Assembly (NCBI GenBank): GCA_964462205.1
Contig: CAYWWW010000006.1
Coordinates: forward strand, 52,717-116,716
Length of the DNA: 64,000 nucleotides
From: an uncultured Cardiobacteriales bacterium
GTDB taxonomy: Bacteria > Pseudomonadota > Gammaproteobacteria > CAYWWW01
Reading direction: 5' to 3'
The translations under genes and the position numbers were made by a program. The notes beneath the pieces are model-generated. The model saw nothing but the letters and a program-made list of their open reading frames with translations, made no database searches and was not told where the DNA came from. This document shows, in pieces, positions 10,608 through 21,617 of the stretch. Each line of letters opens with the position of its first letter. The stretch's first letter is position 1.

Positions 10608-12980
10608 TCAATACGGCCAGACCCAATCACGAACTTCGGGTAAGTCATCGCCATGCTCACAGATATAAGCTTGATGTTCCATGAGTTTTTCCTGCAAACG
10701 TTTTTTGGCATACACCCCAGGCGAACCAAGCTGCGGCAGGCGATCAATCACATCCATGGCCAAATGAAAGCGATCCATCTCATTTAACACCGTCATATCA
10801 AAAGGTGTGGTGGTCGTGCCTTCTTCTTTGTAACCGCGCACATGCAGATGTTGATGATTTTGCCGACGATAGGTTAAGCGATGAATCAACCACGGATAGC
10901 CGTGATAGGCAAAAATAATCGGCTTATCCAGAGTAAATAATTGATTAAAATCGCGATCATTTAAGCCATGTGGATGCTCGCTTTCCGGCTGTAAACGCAT
11001 TAAATCCACGACATTGATCACCCGTATCTTGATTTGCGGCAACTGTTCGCGTAACCAAGCCACCGCCGCCAAGGTTTCCAAAGTCGGCACATCGCCGGCG
11101 CAAGCCATGACCACATCGGGGTCTTGCATTTGATCATTGGATGCCCAATCCCAAATGCCTAAACCCTGGGTGCAATGCTTAGTCGCGGCATCGGCATCGA
11201 GATACTGCAAGGCCGCTTGTTTACCGGCCACAATGACATTGACGTAATCGCGGGAGCGTAAACAATGGTCGGCCACCGATAATAAGGTATTGGCATCGGG
11301 CGGCAGATAGACACGAATCACCTCGGCTTTTTTATTGACCACATGATCAATAAATCCCGGGTCTTGATGCGAAAAGCCATTGTGATCCTGCCGCCAAACG
11401 TGGCTGGTCAAAAGATAAGTCAAGGAAGCGATGGGTGCGCGCCAGGGAATATGCCGCGTGGTTTTTAACCATTTAGCATGTTGATTGAACATCGAATCAA
11501 TTAAATGAATAAAGGCTTCATAACACGAGAAAAAACCATGCCGACCAGTCAATAAATAGCCTTCCAACCAACCTTGGCAAGTATGTTCGGATAAAATTTC
11601 CATCACCCGACCATCGCTTGCTAAATCAGTATCAAAATCAAACTTTTCGCCTAACCAAGTCTTGCCACTGACCGCATACACTGGGTCTAGGCGATTGGAG
11701 GCGGTTTCATCGGGACCGAAAACACGGAAATTTTTGGCTTCGAGATTATCGCGCATCACTTCACGCAAAAATTGTCCCAGAACGCGGGTGGACTCGGCAA
11801 AGGTCGTGGCCGGTTTCGGCACCGGCAAACAAAAATCTTGGAAATTTTTTATTTTCAACGGTTTTAACAACAAGCCGCCATTGGCAAATGGTGTCGCCGA
11901 CATCCGCCAAGCGCCTTCGGGGGATAATCGCGCCGCCCAATCGCCGGGTTCGCCCTGATCATTAAACAGTTCTTCGGGACGATAACTTTTTAACCATTCC
12001 GCCAACAGTGCCAAATGTTCGGGATGTGCGCGCACCGCGCCAAAAGGCACCTGATGCGACCGCCAAAACCCTTCAGTTTTTTTACCAGCAACGGTTTTGG
12101 GTCCCGTCCAACCTTTGGGCGTGCGGAAAATCAACATCGGCCACAGCGGACGTTCGCTAGTCGCGCTTTGTTTAATGTCAGCAATCGCTTTCAGCATTGC
12201 CTCTAAAGTCGCCGCCAAACAGTGATGTACTTCTTCCGGGTCGTCGCCTGAAACGATATACGGCGTATAGCCATAGCCATAAAAGAGTGCCGTCAGTTCC
12301 TCTTCAGGAATGCGCGACAAAAGCGTCGGATTGGCAATTTTATAGCCATTGAGATGCAAAATCGGAATTACCACGCCGTCACGCTGGGGATGCAAAAATT
12401 TATTGGAATGCCAAGAAGCGGCCAGCGGACCGGTTTCGGCTTCACCATCGCCAACCACGGCAAAAACCACGAGTTCAGGATTGTCAAAGGCCGCGCCAAA
12501 GGCATGAGATAGGGCATAGCCCAGCTCGCCACCTTCGTGAATCGAACCTGGTGTTTCCGGCGCGACGTGCGAAGGAATACCGCCGGGGAAGGAAAACTGC
12601 TTAAACAAGCGGTGCATTCCAGCCACATCGCGGGAAACCTCAGGATAAACCTCGCTATAGGTGCCTTCGAGCCAAGTATTGGCGACCAAAGCCGGGCCAC
12701 CGTGACCGGGACCTGCAATATAAAGCGCCGGAAACGGCGATTTTTTAATGAGACGATTGATATGCGCATACAAAAAATTTAAGCCCGGCGTGGTTCCCCA
12801 ATGGCCCAGCAGCCGTGGTTTGACCTGCTCCGCCAACAAAGGCTCTTTAAGCAATGGATTGTTTAATAAATAAATTTGTCCGACCGAAAGATAATTCGCC
12901 GCCCGCCACCAGGCATCTACATCCGCATATTCCTGAACGCTTAAAGGTGAAGCGTCCCTTGTCAAACGTATTGCATCCAT
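10608..12980 (-). CDS. xfp: Xylulose-5-phosphate/fructose-6-phosphate phosphoketolase
   Basis: [38 protein letters not shown] is a canonical phosphoketolase N-terminus. Strong GGAGG ribosome-binding site before the ATG at 12978-12980. About 790 aa. Confidence 0.9.
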   Translation of the reverse strand: MDAIRLTRDASPLSVQEYADVDAWWRAANYLSVGQIYLLNNPLLKEPLLAEQVKPRLLGHWGTTPGLNFLYAHINRLIKKSPFPALYIAGPGHGGPALVANTWLEGTYSEVYPEVSRDVAGMHRLFKQFSFPGGIPSHVAPETPGSIHEGGELGYALSHAFGAAFDNPELVVFAVVGDGEAETGPLAASWHSNKFLHPQRDGVVIPILHLNGYKIANPTLLSRIPEEELTALFYGYGYTPYIVSGDDPEEVHHCLAATLEAMLKAIADIKQSATSERPLWPMLIFRTPKGWTGPKTVAGKKTEGFWRSHQVPFGAVRAHPEHLALLAEWLKSYRPEELFNDQGEPGDWAARLSPEGAWRMSATPFANGGLLLKPLKIKNFQDFCLPVPKPATTFAESTRVLGQFLREVMRDNLEAKNFRVFGPDETASNRLDPVYAVSGKTWLGEKFDFDTDLASDGRVMEILSEHTCQGWLEGYLLTGRHGFFSCYEAFIHLIDSMFNQHAKWLKTTRHIPWRAPIASLTYLLTSHVWRQDHNGFSHQDPGFIDHVVNKKAEVIRVYLPPDANTLLSVADHCLRSRDYVNVIVAGKQAALQYLDADAATKHCTQGLGIWDWASNDQMQDPDVVMACAGDVPTLETLAAVAWLREQLPQIKIRVINVVDLMRLQPESEHPHGLNDRDFNQLFTLDKPIIFAYHGYPWLIHRLTYRRQNHQHLHVRGYKEEGTTTTPFDMTVLNEMDRFHLAMDVIDRLPQLGSPGVYAKKRLQEKLMEHQAYICEHGDDLPEVRDWVWPY

Positions 12981-13040
12981 CCGATTTCCTCCTTTGAAAA
13001 TTATAGAAAAAACGTAAGCAACAAACACAAACCATTTCAC

Positions 13041-14249
13041 TTAATTTTTATTGTCTTCATTAACTGCCAAAACCCCACGCGCCAAGGTCAACATCGCCTG
13101 CGCTTCGTCGCTGTGAATGACCAAAATCGCCGTGGGACTCTGTTCACGATGAATGGCCTGCGGCAGATTTTTTAGATCAACCTGTTGATTTTTTTGTCTA
13201 TCTAAAAAAATACCAAAGGGTTCAGCGGCATCTAGCGCCAAGGCGCGCACCGTAGCATCGTGTTCGCCAATGCCGCCGGTAAAAATCAAGGCATCCACTT
13301 GTCCCAATTGAAAAAGATAAGCACCAAAATAATGCCGCAGCCGATGAATAAAGACCTGCAAAGCCAAGGTTGCTGCCGCTTGTTGGGGATGGGTGCTGTC
13401 GGCAATAGCGGCATGAATATCGCGTAAGTCACTGTAACCACACAGTCCTTTTAAGCCGCTGTCCTGATAAAGCATGTTGTCAATAACTGTCGGCGATAAT
13501 TGCGCTTGACGCGCCAAAAAATCAGGAATAGCCGGGTCTAAATCCCCCGCCCGCGTGCCCATGACCAAACCGGCCAAAGGCGTAAAACCCATGGAATGAT
13601 CCACGCTTTGGCCATGACGCAGCGCCGTGACGCTCGCGCCATTGCCGAGATGTGCGATAATTAAATTGAGATGTGACAAAGGTTTATGAAGAAACTCAGC
13701 CGCCGTCGCCGAAACCGCCGTCAAGGACAAGCCATGAAAACCATAGCGACGAATGCCAAGTTCCCGACAAAAGTCCGGCAGCGCATAGGTATAAGCCACT
13801 TCTGGCAAAGTTTGGTGAAAAGCACTATCAAAAACCGCCACTTGCGGTAATTCTGGCGCTAAAGTTGCAAGCATCTCAATGCTCGACAAGGCCAAAGGAT
13901 TGTGTAGCGGCGCTAACGGCGATAATTTTGCTAAGTCGTTGCGAATTTCAGGCGTTAAAAGAATGGGTTGCGTGAATTGACGGCCACCTTGCACCACACG
14001 ATGCACGGCGGCAGTAAGGATAAAAGCCTCGCCAAGCGCGGCAGTGAGCTGCGGAAAAAGCTGCGCCAGTGCTTCGGTAGGCGTGGACGCGGCGAAAGCT
14101 AGCGTTTTACCAGCGTGCTGCAAGCGGCTATCGCGACCGAGACGCTCAACCTGCCAGTCGGCAATTTTTTGGCCAGTCGGGCGATAAAGCGCAAGTTTTA
14201 AGGACGAAGAACCGGCATTAACCAATAACCAGGCGATTTTCTTAGACAT
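13041..14249 (-). CDS. ackA: Acetate kinase
   Basis: MSKKIAWLLVNAGSSSLKLALY is the acetate kinase N-terminal signature. It lies immediately upstream of, and co-directional with, xfp. Confidence 0.9.
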   Translation of the reverse strand: MSKKIAWLLVNAGSSSLKLALYRPTGQKIADWQVERLGRDSRLQHAGKTLAFAASTPTEALAQLFPQLTAALGEAFILTAAVHRVVQGGRQFTQPILLTPEIRNDLAKLSPLAPLHNPLALSSIEMLATLAPELPQVAVFDSAFHQTLPEVAYTYALPDFCRELGIRRYGFHGLSLTAVSATAAEFLHKPLSHLNLIIAHLGNGASVTALRHGQSVDHSMGFTPLAGLVMGTRAGDLDPAIPDFLARQAQLSPTVIDNMLYQDSGLKGLCGYSDLRDIHAAIADSTHPQQAAATLALQVFIHRLRHYFGAYLFQLGQVDALIFTGGIGEHDATVRALALDAAEPFGIFLDRQKNQQVDLKNLPQAIHREQSPTAILVIHSDEAQAMLTLARGVLAVNEDNKN

Positions 14250-14334
14250 TTTTTGCCTCCGTTTGGTGAATACTTTTTAGAATGCTGCGCTTTCACGGCT
14301 GACCATTAGATAACAATCAAATCCTGCTGTAGTT

Positions 14335-15201
14335 TTAGTCACCGCCACCACCATCGCCGCCGCCATCACCACTATCGCCGCCATCACTGCCGCTGCAACT
14401 GTCACCTTCACTACCGCCTTCAGAAAATTCAATGGCAAAAGTCCAAACGACAGCGGCATCACCCGCCGCTTGGCTATAAAAAGATAAAGCCGCAAAACCA
14501 AATACCGCCAAGAAAAACAACACCGAGGCATCGGCCGGCACTTGGCCAGTTCCTCTAAGATTTTGATACGGTTCATAAATGGCTTGTTGTTGTTCTTTGA
14601 GGATAGCATCACCAGCCAAGGTGCGGGCATAACGATGAAAAGGTTTTAATAACAACACCATAACGCTGATAACTAACCCCGGCAGCACTAAAAACCATAG
14701 TTGATCGGGTAAAAAAAACCAAACGCCAAGCAGCGCAGAAACCAGCAGCGTGAAAAAAAGTTTGCTGCGTTTTTTAAGTTTTTCCTGCTGCAAAACTGGC
14801 CGCAACAAACCCGCAGCGAGCAAATCTTGCGCTTTTTGCCGAATGCTTTGTTGAATGGGATAGGCGGCAAGCAAGGGCTTAAAATCTTTTTTAGTCAAAA
14901 TCTTACCCGCGGTTTTTTGTATGACAGCAGCGCGCAGCGGTTCATCAAGATTGGCTTCCGGCAGCGGAAATAGTTCGCTAGGGTTTTGATGAAACTTCAC
15001 TTTTCCCCGCAAAAACAACTCCAGCAACACAAAACGCAGCAAGCCCGCCGCGCCGCCACGCAGCAGCGCCCAGGTGTCGTCGGTGAAATTTGCTGGCATG
15101 TCCACTGTGGATTTAGTGGTTTGCCGTGCCAAGCGCCGCAATAAAAGATAGTTATAAACTAATAAAACATTGAGCAATAAAACAAAAATCAGCTCCGACA
15201 T
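14335..15201 (-). CDS. Polytopic membrane protein with a Gly/Asp/Ser-rich C-terminal tail (TIGR04222-like)
   Basis: Several hydrophobic helices. The C-terminus is EGGSEGDSCSGSDGGDSGDGGGDGGGGD. Start chosen at MSELIFVLLLN (ATG 15199-15201). Confidence 0.45.
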   Translation of the reverse strand: MSELIFVLLLNVLLVYNYLLLRRLARQTTKSTVDMPANFTDDTWALLRGGAAGLLRFVLLELFLRGKVKFHQNPSELFPLPEANLDEPLRAAVIQKTAGKILTKKDFKPLLAAYPIQQSIRQKAQDLLAAGLLRPVLQQEKLKKRSKLFFTLLVSALLGVWFFLPDQLWFLVLPGLVISVMVLLLKPFHRYARTLAGDAILKEQQQAIYEPYQNLRGTGQVPADASVLFFLAVFGFAALSFYSQAAGDAAVVWTFAIEFSEGGSEGDSCSGSDGGDSGDGGGDGGGGD

Positions 15202-15321
15202 AACCCCTCCCGATTTATTTGTACTGTGGATTGTGAAAGCAATTATCGAAACAGCATTATATTTTATAGCACAAAAAAAACACCGCAGACCAATAGCCAA
15301 GGCACTGCGGTGGGTTGGCGA

Positions 15322-15774
15322 CTAAATCCAGGATTGAATATCGTCTTCTGGCAGTTTTTGCAAAACTTCTTCTAAAAGCTCAACTTGTTCAACAATTTGC
15401 TGTGAATATTTTTCCATGATTTTGTAAAGCTCTTGTGCTTCAGTGACATGTTGCGCCTTGGCCTGTTTGGCTTTGCCCAGCCATTTGTCCCAAAAGGAAA
15501 AATTTTGATCTTCCACAAACAAGAGCTTAAAAATTTTCATGTAAGTTTCATGCAGACGCAAATGCGGTTGTTCAATGGCACGAAAACTTTGAATATGATG
15601 CAAAATTTGACCCTCGCCATAATACCAGCGGCCAAAAACGCATTCCGTACCATTGATGGGCACCTGCTCTTTTTCTAAGGGTAAGCCTTCGATTAAAGCG
15701 TGGGCATTCATCACCCAGCGCAAATGCGCGCCTTTGGCCTTGCGTAACACCGACAAAATTTCAAGTTTTTTCAT
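15322..15774 (-). CDS. Standalone CZB (chemoreceptor zinc-binding) domain protein
   Basis: H-x3-W ... C-x-FG-x-WYY ... H-x3-H spacing (AHLRW, TECVFGRWYY, HLRLHETY) matches the CZB zinc-binding motif. 150 aa. Confidence 0.7.
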   Translation of the reverse strand: MKKLEILSVLRKAKGAHLRWVMNAHALIEGLPLEKEQVPINGTECVFGRWYYGEGQILHHIQSFRAIEQPHLRLHETYMKIFKLLFVEDQNFSFWDKWLGKAKQAKAQHVTEAQELYKIMEKYSQQIVEQVELLEEVLQKLPEDDIQSWI

Positions 15775-15920
15775 TGCACACTCAATTGTTTACTAAAAAA
15801 AAACTACGCTTTGCCTACCATTATTAAAAAGAATAGTCAACGCTTTGTTTTTGCATTTTTATTATCATTATTTAATAAAAGCATTTACGAATTTTACCAA
15901 TCAAGATGCAGCCAATACCT

Positions 15921-16375
15921 TTAACCAAGTTTCGCAAAGGTTTCTTCGGGCATTTTTTCTAATTGTCCTTGCAAAGCATCGAGATGCTGAATCAACTCCC
16001 GCGAATAATCTTCTAACACGCTAAAGAGTGCCTCGGCTTCGCCTTGGTTTTTTCGTGATTTTTTTTCGTTTTACCAATCCAAGTATCCCAAAGCGTGCTT
16101 TTTTTGTCTTGCACAAACAACAAGGAAAAAATCTCTAAATAGGTCTTGTGTAATTTCAGATGTGCTTCTTCCATGGCGCGAAAATTAGCCAAAGGGTGCA
16201 AAAATTGGCCGGCACCGTAGTACCATTTGCCAAAATCGCAGTCAGTGCCAGTAAGCGGCACCTGGTCTTTTTCAAAGGGCAAGCCTTTGATCAAACCATG
16301 TGCATACATCGTCCAACGCAGATGTGCGCTTTTGGCTTTGTGTAAGGCGGCAAGGACTTCCACTTTTTTCATCAA
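15921..16375 (-). pseudogene. Second CZB-domain paralog, frameshifted in a homopolymer tract
   Basis: The first 108 aa are paralogous to the 15322-15774 protein (AHLRW, TDCDFGKWYY, HLKLHKTY). The annotated ORF stops at 16013. The -1 frame downstream encodes EAEALFSVLEDYSRELIQHLDALQGQLEKMPEE, which aligns to the C-terminus of the paralog. Adding one A to the A6 run (rc of ~16056-16063) restores a ~150-aa protein. Confidence 0.55.
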
Positions 16376-16432
16376 TACTCCTGTTATTGATCATACAATG
16401 GTTAATAAAATAGGTAAAAATTTAGGTAACAA

Positions 16433-16921
16433 ATGGCATATTGGCTAATGAAATCGGAACCAAACGTATTTAGTATTGCAGACTTAGCGCAACGCCAACG
16501 CGAGCCTTGGGATGGTGTGCGCAACTTTCAAGCACGAAATTTCTTAAAAAACATGCAGCTAGACGATTTAGCTTTGTTGTATCATTCCAACAGTACCCCT
16601 TCGGGACTGGCCGGTCTAATGCGTATTTCCCGCACGGCTTGGCCAGACGAAACGGCTTGGCAGGTCGGTCATAAGCATTTCGATGCCCGTTCCACGCCGG
16701 AAAAACCGCTGTGGTTTCAAGTAGAAGTAGCTTTTATCGCTACTTTCCCCAGCATTTTATCTTTAGCCAGACTGAAACAGGAAGCCAGCCTGGCCGATTG
16801 GCTACTGGTGAAAAAAGGCAATCGCCTATCAGTTTTGCCAATTAGTTCAGAGCAATGGGAAATTCTTGCCGACTTATTACAACGCGAACAAGGGATAACT
16901 TTACCATGTCAAAATCATTGA
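16433..16921 (+). CDS. EVE (PUA-like) domain protein
   Basis: MAYWLMKSEPNVFSIADL...WDGVRNFQARNFLKNMQLDDLALLYHS is typical of EVE-domain proteins. Confidence 0.75.
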   Translation: MAYWLMKSEPNVFSIADLAQRQREPWDGVRNFQARNFLKNMQLDDLALLYHSNSTPSGLAGLMRISRTAWPDETAWQVGHKHFDARSTPEKPLWFQVEVAFIATFPSILSLARLKQEASLADWLLVKKGNRLSVLPISSEQWEILADLLQREQGITLPCQNH

Positions 16922-17586
16922 ATGCCTTAAAACTTTATTATCAACCTTGGCGGCATGAAGGGAGCCGCCTGCGTTTAGCACTGGCGGCAAGCCACGGTCC
17001 TTATGAAACCATTGCTTTACCTTTTGCTGCCGACGAAGTGTTTTTTGAACTCGGCGTTGGTGAATATCCAGCGCTTTTACAAACAGAAACAAAACTTTAC
17101 ACCGACAGTTTAGAAGTTTTACAACAGTTTTCTGACCTTTGCCCAGCGTCTAGCTTGGCAACGGTAAGCCTAGCCGATTGGCAAGGTTTAAAAGCCTGGC
17201 ATTCAGCCAATGCTTTGTTATTAGAACGTTTATATGCGCCGGTGGCCTTAGCCGCCATAACTTTTAGCGAGGAAACGGCGCGGGAAGATTACAAAAACGC
17301 TATCGTCAACCGTTTTGGCCAAAGCGTCGAAGCCTTGGCCAATGATCGCTATGAAGCCTTTCAACAGTTTGCTCGGCAAAGCCAGTTAAATGCTTTAAGC
17401 CAACATCTAGAAAAAAATCGTTTTTACAATGGCCAATGTAGTGCCGCCGACTGTTGGCTCACCGCCGATTTATTTCCCTTGCAATTTTTAGATGGTATCA
17501 GTCTGCCGATAGGCTTGCGCTATTATTGGCAACGGGTGATGGCTTTCTGTGGTTGTGATTTAAGCCATGATTGGTTAGTTTTTTAA
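16906..17586 (+). CDS. Hypothetical protein, possibly glutathione S-transferase-like
   Basis: 226-aa ORF starting MSKSLNALKLYYQPW. Only a weak resemblance to a GST N-terminal thioredoxin-like fold. Confidence 0.3.
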   Translation: MSKSLNALKLYYQPWRHEGSRLRLALAASHGPYETIALPFAADEVFFELGVGEYPALLQTETKLYTDSLEVLQQFSDLCPASSLATVSLADWQGLKAWHSANALLLERLYAPVALAAITFSEETAREDYKNAIVNRFGQSVEALANDRYEAFQQFARQSQLNALSQHLEKNRFYNGQCSAADCWLTADLFPLQFLDGISLPIGLRYYWQRVMAFCGCDLSHDWLVF

Positions 17587-17623
17587 GTTTTATAAACCCT
17601 TTGGCGTTAATTTTGGAGGAAAA

Positions 17624-17950
17624 ATGCACTTCAATGCACTGCTTACTTTTTTAGAAAAAAAAGCTCCAGGCACTTTTTTAAGCAAAGACTTAGAGACAAC
17701 TTTGCAACTTGCTAAGCAAGTTCCTGAAAATTATGGACAAGAAATCGTCCAAGCCTTGGTGGAACACTGTCACATTGAAAGCGGCGACATGCCTTTAGAA
17801 CGCGCCATAGCAGTCAATGCCTTAGGAAAAATTCGCTTAAAATACATGAAAGATGATGCGCCAGTTGAAGGCTTTCGTTTGGTAGAAAAAACTATTCAGT
17901 GGATTGACGATGCTTTTAATGAAGAAGCCTGGCAGGAACGGCAGCGATAA
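17624..17950 (+). CDS. Hypothetical protein (108 aa)
   Basis: ORF with a plausible ribosome-binding site (GGAGGAAAAATG). No recognisable motif. Confidence 0.4.
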   Translation: MHFNALLTFLEKKAPGTFLSKDLETTLQLAKQVPENYGQEIVQALVEHCHIESGDMPLERAIAVNALGKIRLKYMKDDAPVEGFRLVEKTIQWIDDAFNEEAWQERQR

Positions 17951-18081
17951 CCTTTGATAAAATTAGTTAAATTTCAGTTGTTTAAATATAAAAATTAGAT
18001 TGGCAGAGAAAAAATTAAAAAAGCGGCTTGCGCCGCTTTCTTGTTCAATAACAACTTTTGCTTATTATATTGCTTTTATTT

Positions 18082-18993
18082 TCAGCCGTGTAAACGCGCA
18101 TAAGCACCGCTTTCCAAGGAAGCAATCCGCTCTTCTAATGGTGGATGCGTCATAAATAATCGTGCTAAACCCCCTTCTTGTTTGCCGGAAATCCCCATGC
18201 TTTTCATCTGTGCGGGCATGGCAGCGGCGACATCAGGTTGATAAATCGCTTGTAAACGCCGTAAGGCATTGGCCATTTTTTGTGGGCTGGTTAAACGTGC
18301 GCCACCGGCATCGGCACGAAATTCACGCTGCCGTGAGAACCAGTAAACAATAGTGCTGGCCAAAATTCCTAAGAAAATCTCGGCGATAATGGAAGTGATG
18401 AAATATCCTAAACCCGGACCGTCACCTTCATGTTTCAAAATCACCCGATCCACAATGTGACCAATCACGCGAGAAATAAAGATCACAAAAGTATTCACCA
18501 CGCCTTGAATTAAGGTCAAGGTCACCATGTCGCCATTGGCAATATGTGCGATTTCATGACCTAAAACCGCTTCAATTTCATCTTGCGTCATATTGGCCAA
18601 TAAACCGGTGCTGACCGCAACCAAAGCATTGTTTTTATTGGCACCAGTGGCAAAGGCATTGACATCCGGCGCGTCATAAATCGCCACTTCGGGCATCCCA
18701 ATGCCAGCTTGTTTGGACAAACGGCGCACGGTATCCATCAACCAGATTTCGGTAGGATTACTTGGATTTTTAATGACTTGCGCACCAGTGGACATTTTCG
18801 CCATCCACTTGGAAATTAACAAAGAAATAAATGATCCGCCCATACCAAAAACAAAGGCAAAAATCAGCAAGTTGTTGTAATTCAACATACCGCCTTGTTC
18901 AAACATGCTGTCCACGCCGAGCAAACGCAATACAATGCCTAAAACAACGATAATTGCCAAGTTCGTCAATAAAAACAAAATTATACGCTTCAT
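18082..18993 (-). CDS. htpX: Zinc metalloprotease HtpX
   Basis: [11 protein letters not shown] contains the HExxH motif. Transmembrane N-terminus and overall layout typical of HtpX. Confidence 0.85.
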   Translation of the reverse strand: MKRIILFLLTNLAIIVVLGIVLRLLGVDSMFEQGGMLNYNNLLIFAFVFGMGGSFISLLISKWMAKMSTGAQVIKNPSNPTEIWLMDTVRRLSKQAGIGMPEVAIYDAPDVNAFATGANKNNALVAVSTGLLANMTQDEIEAVLGHEIAHIANGDMVTLTLIQGVVNTFVIFISRVIGHIVDRVILKHEGDGPGLGYFITSIIAEIFLGILASTIVYWFSRQREFRADAGGARLTSPQKMANALRRLQAIYQPDVAAAMPAQMKSMGISGKQEGGLARLFMTHPPLEERIASLESGAYARLHG

Positions 18994-19097
18994 AGTTCCT
19001 CGTTAAAATAAATGACAAAAACGTCGGCTTAGATAGCGACCAGCGGAAAAGTTTCAAGGGCAAAGCGCCGGTTGCCGCTCTTAAAGATACAAGGATT

Positions 19098-20276
19098 TTA
19101 ATTATCTGCCAAAAGAAAACCGCTGGCGACAAAAGCACCGCCGGTCATCGCCTGTTCGACAGCAAAGGCGCGAATACCTTGAAAAATGCTTTCGGCCAGT
19201 TCGCGTTGATAACGACTGCTTTGCAATTTTTTCTCTTCTTCGGGGTTAGAAATAAACGCTGACTCGACTAAAACCGAGGGCACATCCGGCAGCCGCAAAA
19301 CAAAAAAATTGGCTTGCTGGACACTTTTGAAGTGCAAACCACCAATGCCAGCAAGCTGCTGCAAAATTTTTTCACCCAAAGCCAAACTCCCGCGAATGGT
19401 CGCAGCTTGCGACATATTTAAGAGTGTCGCCGCGACCATGGCATCTTCTTCCAGTAAAAAATCAAGGTCTTTGCTGGAACTGCCGGAATTTTCACTATTT
19501 GCCAGTAAACGTGCCGCCTCTGATGTCGCACCTTTTAAGGAAAAGGCATAGACCGAGGCACCGCTTGGCTGTGGTCGCGCCACGGCATCGGCATGAATCG
19601 AAACAAAAAGATCGGCTTTTAATTCGCGGGCAATTTCTAAACGCCGTCGTAGAGATAAAAAAACATCTGTATCGCGGGTTAAAAACGCCTGCATCCCGCG
19701 ATGGCGATTGACGCGCTCAGCCAAGCGTTTGGCGATGGCCAATACGGCGCTTTTTTCTTGTAAACCACCTGGGCCAATAGCACCTGGGTCTTTGCCCCCG
19801 TGACCGGCATCAATCACCACGCGCAAAGGCGAAAAGGCCGTTCGCTTTTCCGATAAAAAATTATCCTTAAAATCAATAACAAAACGATATTTACTTTGGT
19901 TATTTTTTGGTGGAATGGCAAAACTATGCAGGCGCACCGGCTGACGCAAAGCAAATGTCAGAATGCTGGCATTCGGCTGGCGCTTCACCGTTAAACTTTC
20001 CAAAACAACATCTTCCAAGCGATAATAAGAACGCAAACTACTGGCAGAGGCATTGGGAAGATAAACGGTTAAGGTTTGCGCTTGCTCTCGTAACTGTGGG
20101 GAAAGTTTATGGAGGCTATCCAACACCGCCCGGGTGTAATGGTCATGGCGGTAATAACGGAAGCCTTCAATAGTGGCAATAGGCGTTTTTGCTAGGGCAC
20201 TTGGCTGCCATAACAATGGGATAGTGGCGCTTTTCAGCAATAATTGCACCAAAAAACTTCTTCTTGGCAAAGGCAT
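19098..20276 (-). CDS. amiC: N-acetylmuramoyl-L-alanine amidase (AMIN domain + Amidase_3)
   Basis: VVIDAGHGGKDPGAIG is the Amidase_3 motif, with an N-terminal AMIN-like region. Confidence 0.8.
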   Translation of the reverse strand: MPLPRRSFLVQLLLKSATIPLLWQPSALAKTPIATIEGFRYYRHDHYTRAVLDSLHKLSPQLREQAQTLTVYLPNASASSLRSYYRLEDVVLESLTVKRQPNASILTFALRQPVRLHSFAIPPKNNQSKYRFVIDFKDNFLSEKRTAFSPLRVVIDAGHGGKDPGAIGPGGLQEKSAVLAIAKRLAERVNRHRGMQAFLTRDTDVFLSLRRRLEIARELKADLFVSIHADAVARPQPSGASVYAFSLKGATSEAARLLANSENSGSSSKDLDFLLEEDAMVAATLLNMSQAATIRGSLALGEKILQQLAGIGGLHFKSVQQANFFVLRLPDVPSVLVESAFISNPEEEKKLQSSRYQRELAESIFQGIRAFAVEQAMTGGAFVASGFLLADN

Positions 20277-20492
20277 GGCACCCTCGAAATTTTTAGCAAA
20301 AGATGATTTTTTTCAAAGTTTTTTAATTCAAAAACTTTTTAGGGAAGGCGGCAATATAAAACACCCAGTTGCTTGGCTTTAAGTGTTTATTGTTAAAAAA
20401 GCAACAGTTTTTGCTTTATTACAACAGAAATGCTGCGCCGCCAGGGTTGCCAACAGAGCAAACCATCACAGACATTCAAGGCAGAGGTATAA

Positions 20493-20969
20493 CTAACGGA
20501 TGCGCGAGCGCTGCCAAGCCAGGCGCTGCCAATAGGCTTCTTGCGCCACGCTCAATGGCACAACCAATAAATTACGCCGGTCAACTTCTTGATGCCAAAA
20601 ACAAAACACGGCATCGGGATGCCAGCGTGTTAAAGCCGCCGCGCCGAGACGCTCTGGCCATTCAATAAAGCATAAAGCGCTGTTTTCAAAGTATTCTTTT
20701 CCGCCAATATCCAGCCATTCTTCCGCTGTCGCCAAGCGGTATAAATCGGCGTGACAATACTGACCATCGGCGTAGCTTTCGACCAGGCTATAACTGGGGC
20801 TAGGTATGGCAGCATTTTCGCCTAAAAGCGTTTTCAACCAAGCTCTTACAAAGGTAGATTTGCCGCTACCCAAAGCGCCGCGCAAAAAAAAGCGCCCCTT
20901 GGGGATGCTCAAGGCGCAGCTTCTGGCCAGCGCTTGCAAGGTGTTTTCATCGAGATTTTTAAGCCACAT
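20493..20969 (-). CDS. tsaE: tRNA threonylcarbamoyladenosine biosynthesis ATPase TsaE
   Basis: P-loop GALGSGKSTFVRAW. 158 aa, typical of YjeE/TsaE. Confidence 0.8.
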   Translation of the reverse strand: MWLKNLDENTLQALARSCALSIPKGRFFLRGALGSGKSTFVRAWLKTLLGENAAIPSPSYSLVESYADGQYCHADLYRLATAEEWLDIGGKEYFENSALCFIEWPERLGAAALTRWHPDAVFCFWHQEVDRRNLLVVPLSVAQEAYWQRLAWQRSRIR

Positions 20970-21136
20970 TTTTTATCCAATTCATGCTAAGCATTAAAGC
21001 CGCAAAGACTTTTTACGATAGTAAACTAAAGCCGCGATAGCAGGCCAGCAGGGATTATTTTTCTTTTGCCAACTTTAAGATAATAAAACTTGCCAAAGCG
21101 ATAAAATTGCGTATGCTTTTACCTTCCTTTCAAAAA

Positions 21137-21209
21137 GGGCGCGTAGCTCAGTTGGTAGAGCATCACCTTGACATGGTGGGGGTCGTTGGTTCGAGTCCAG
21201 TCGCGCCCA
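21137..21209 (+). tRNA. tRNA-Val (anticodon GAC)
   Basis: Cloverleaf with GGGCGCG/CGCGCCC acceptor stem, anticodon loop UUGACAU, and T-loop UUCGAGU. Confidence 0.85.
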
Positions 21210-21617
21210 ATTTTTGCCTTATTTCTGACGCTAAAGTACTTACCAGCTTTTTCTAAAAGCCAAGTATTTCAAATATTTTCTTTTCTAATTTTTCAGCTTT
21301 TCCTATTTTTATAAAAATTTTTCTCATAAGTACTTCCCTTTCAAGTGGCATTTTTTATGGCACTCAGTCCTTGTTGATAATTCTTTGATTTGTAACATTA
21401 AAAATTATTTCAGGCACGGCTTTCACCAATTGTACGGTTTTGAGCCAGCCAAGTGCTGACAGCGGGAATACGCGCTTCACATGTGCTTAAACGATTAGCA
21501 GTGGCTTACTTCGGCGTTGATTACCTTGTTTCTCTAACACTTCTTCCCGCCGCCTGCTACCCTAGCGACGGCTTCAGGCCATTTTTATCAATTATTTTAG
21601 AATCTAAGGAGTTTATA

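Noticed and set aside
14277-14630. 117-aa ORF overlapping the 3' end of the Gly-tail membrane protein gene
   Set aside because: It reads out of frame through the GGT/GAT-repeat DNA, producing AAAVMAAIVVMAAAMVVAV. That is a low-complexity artefact.
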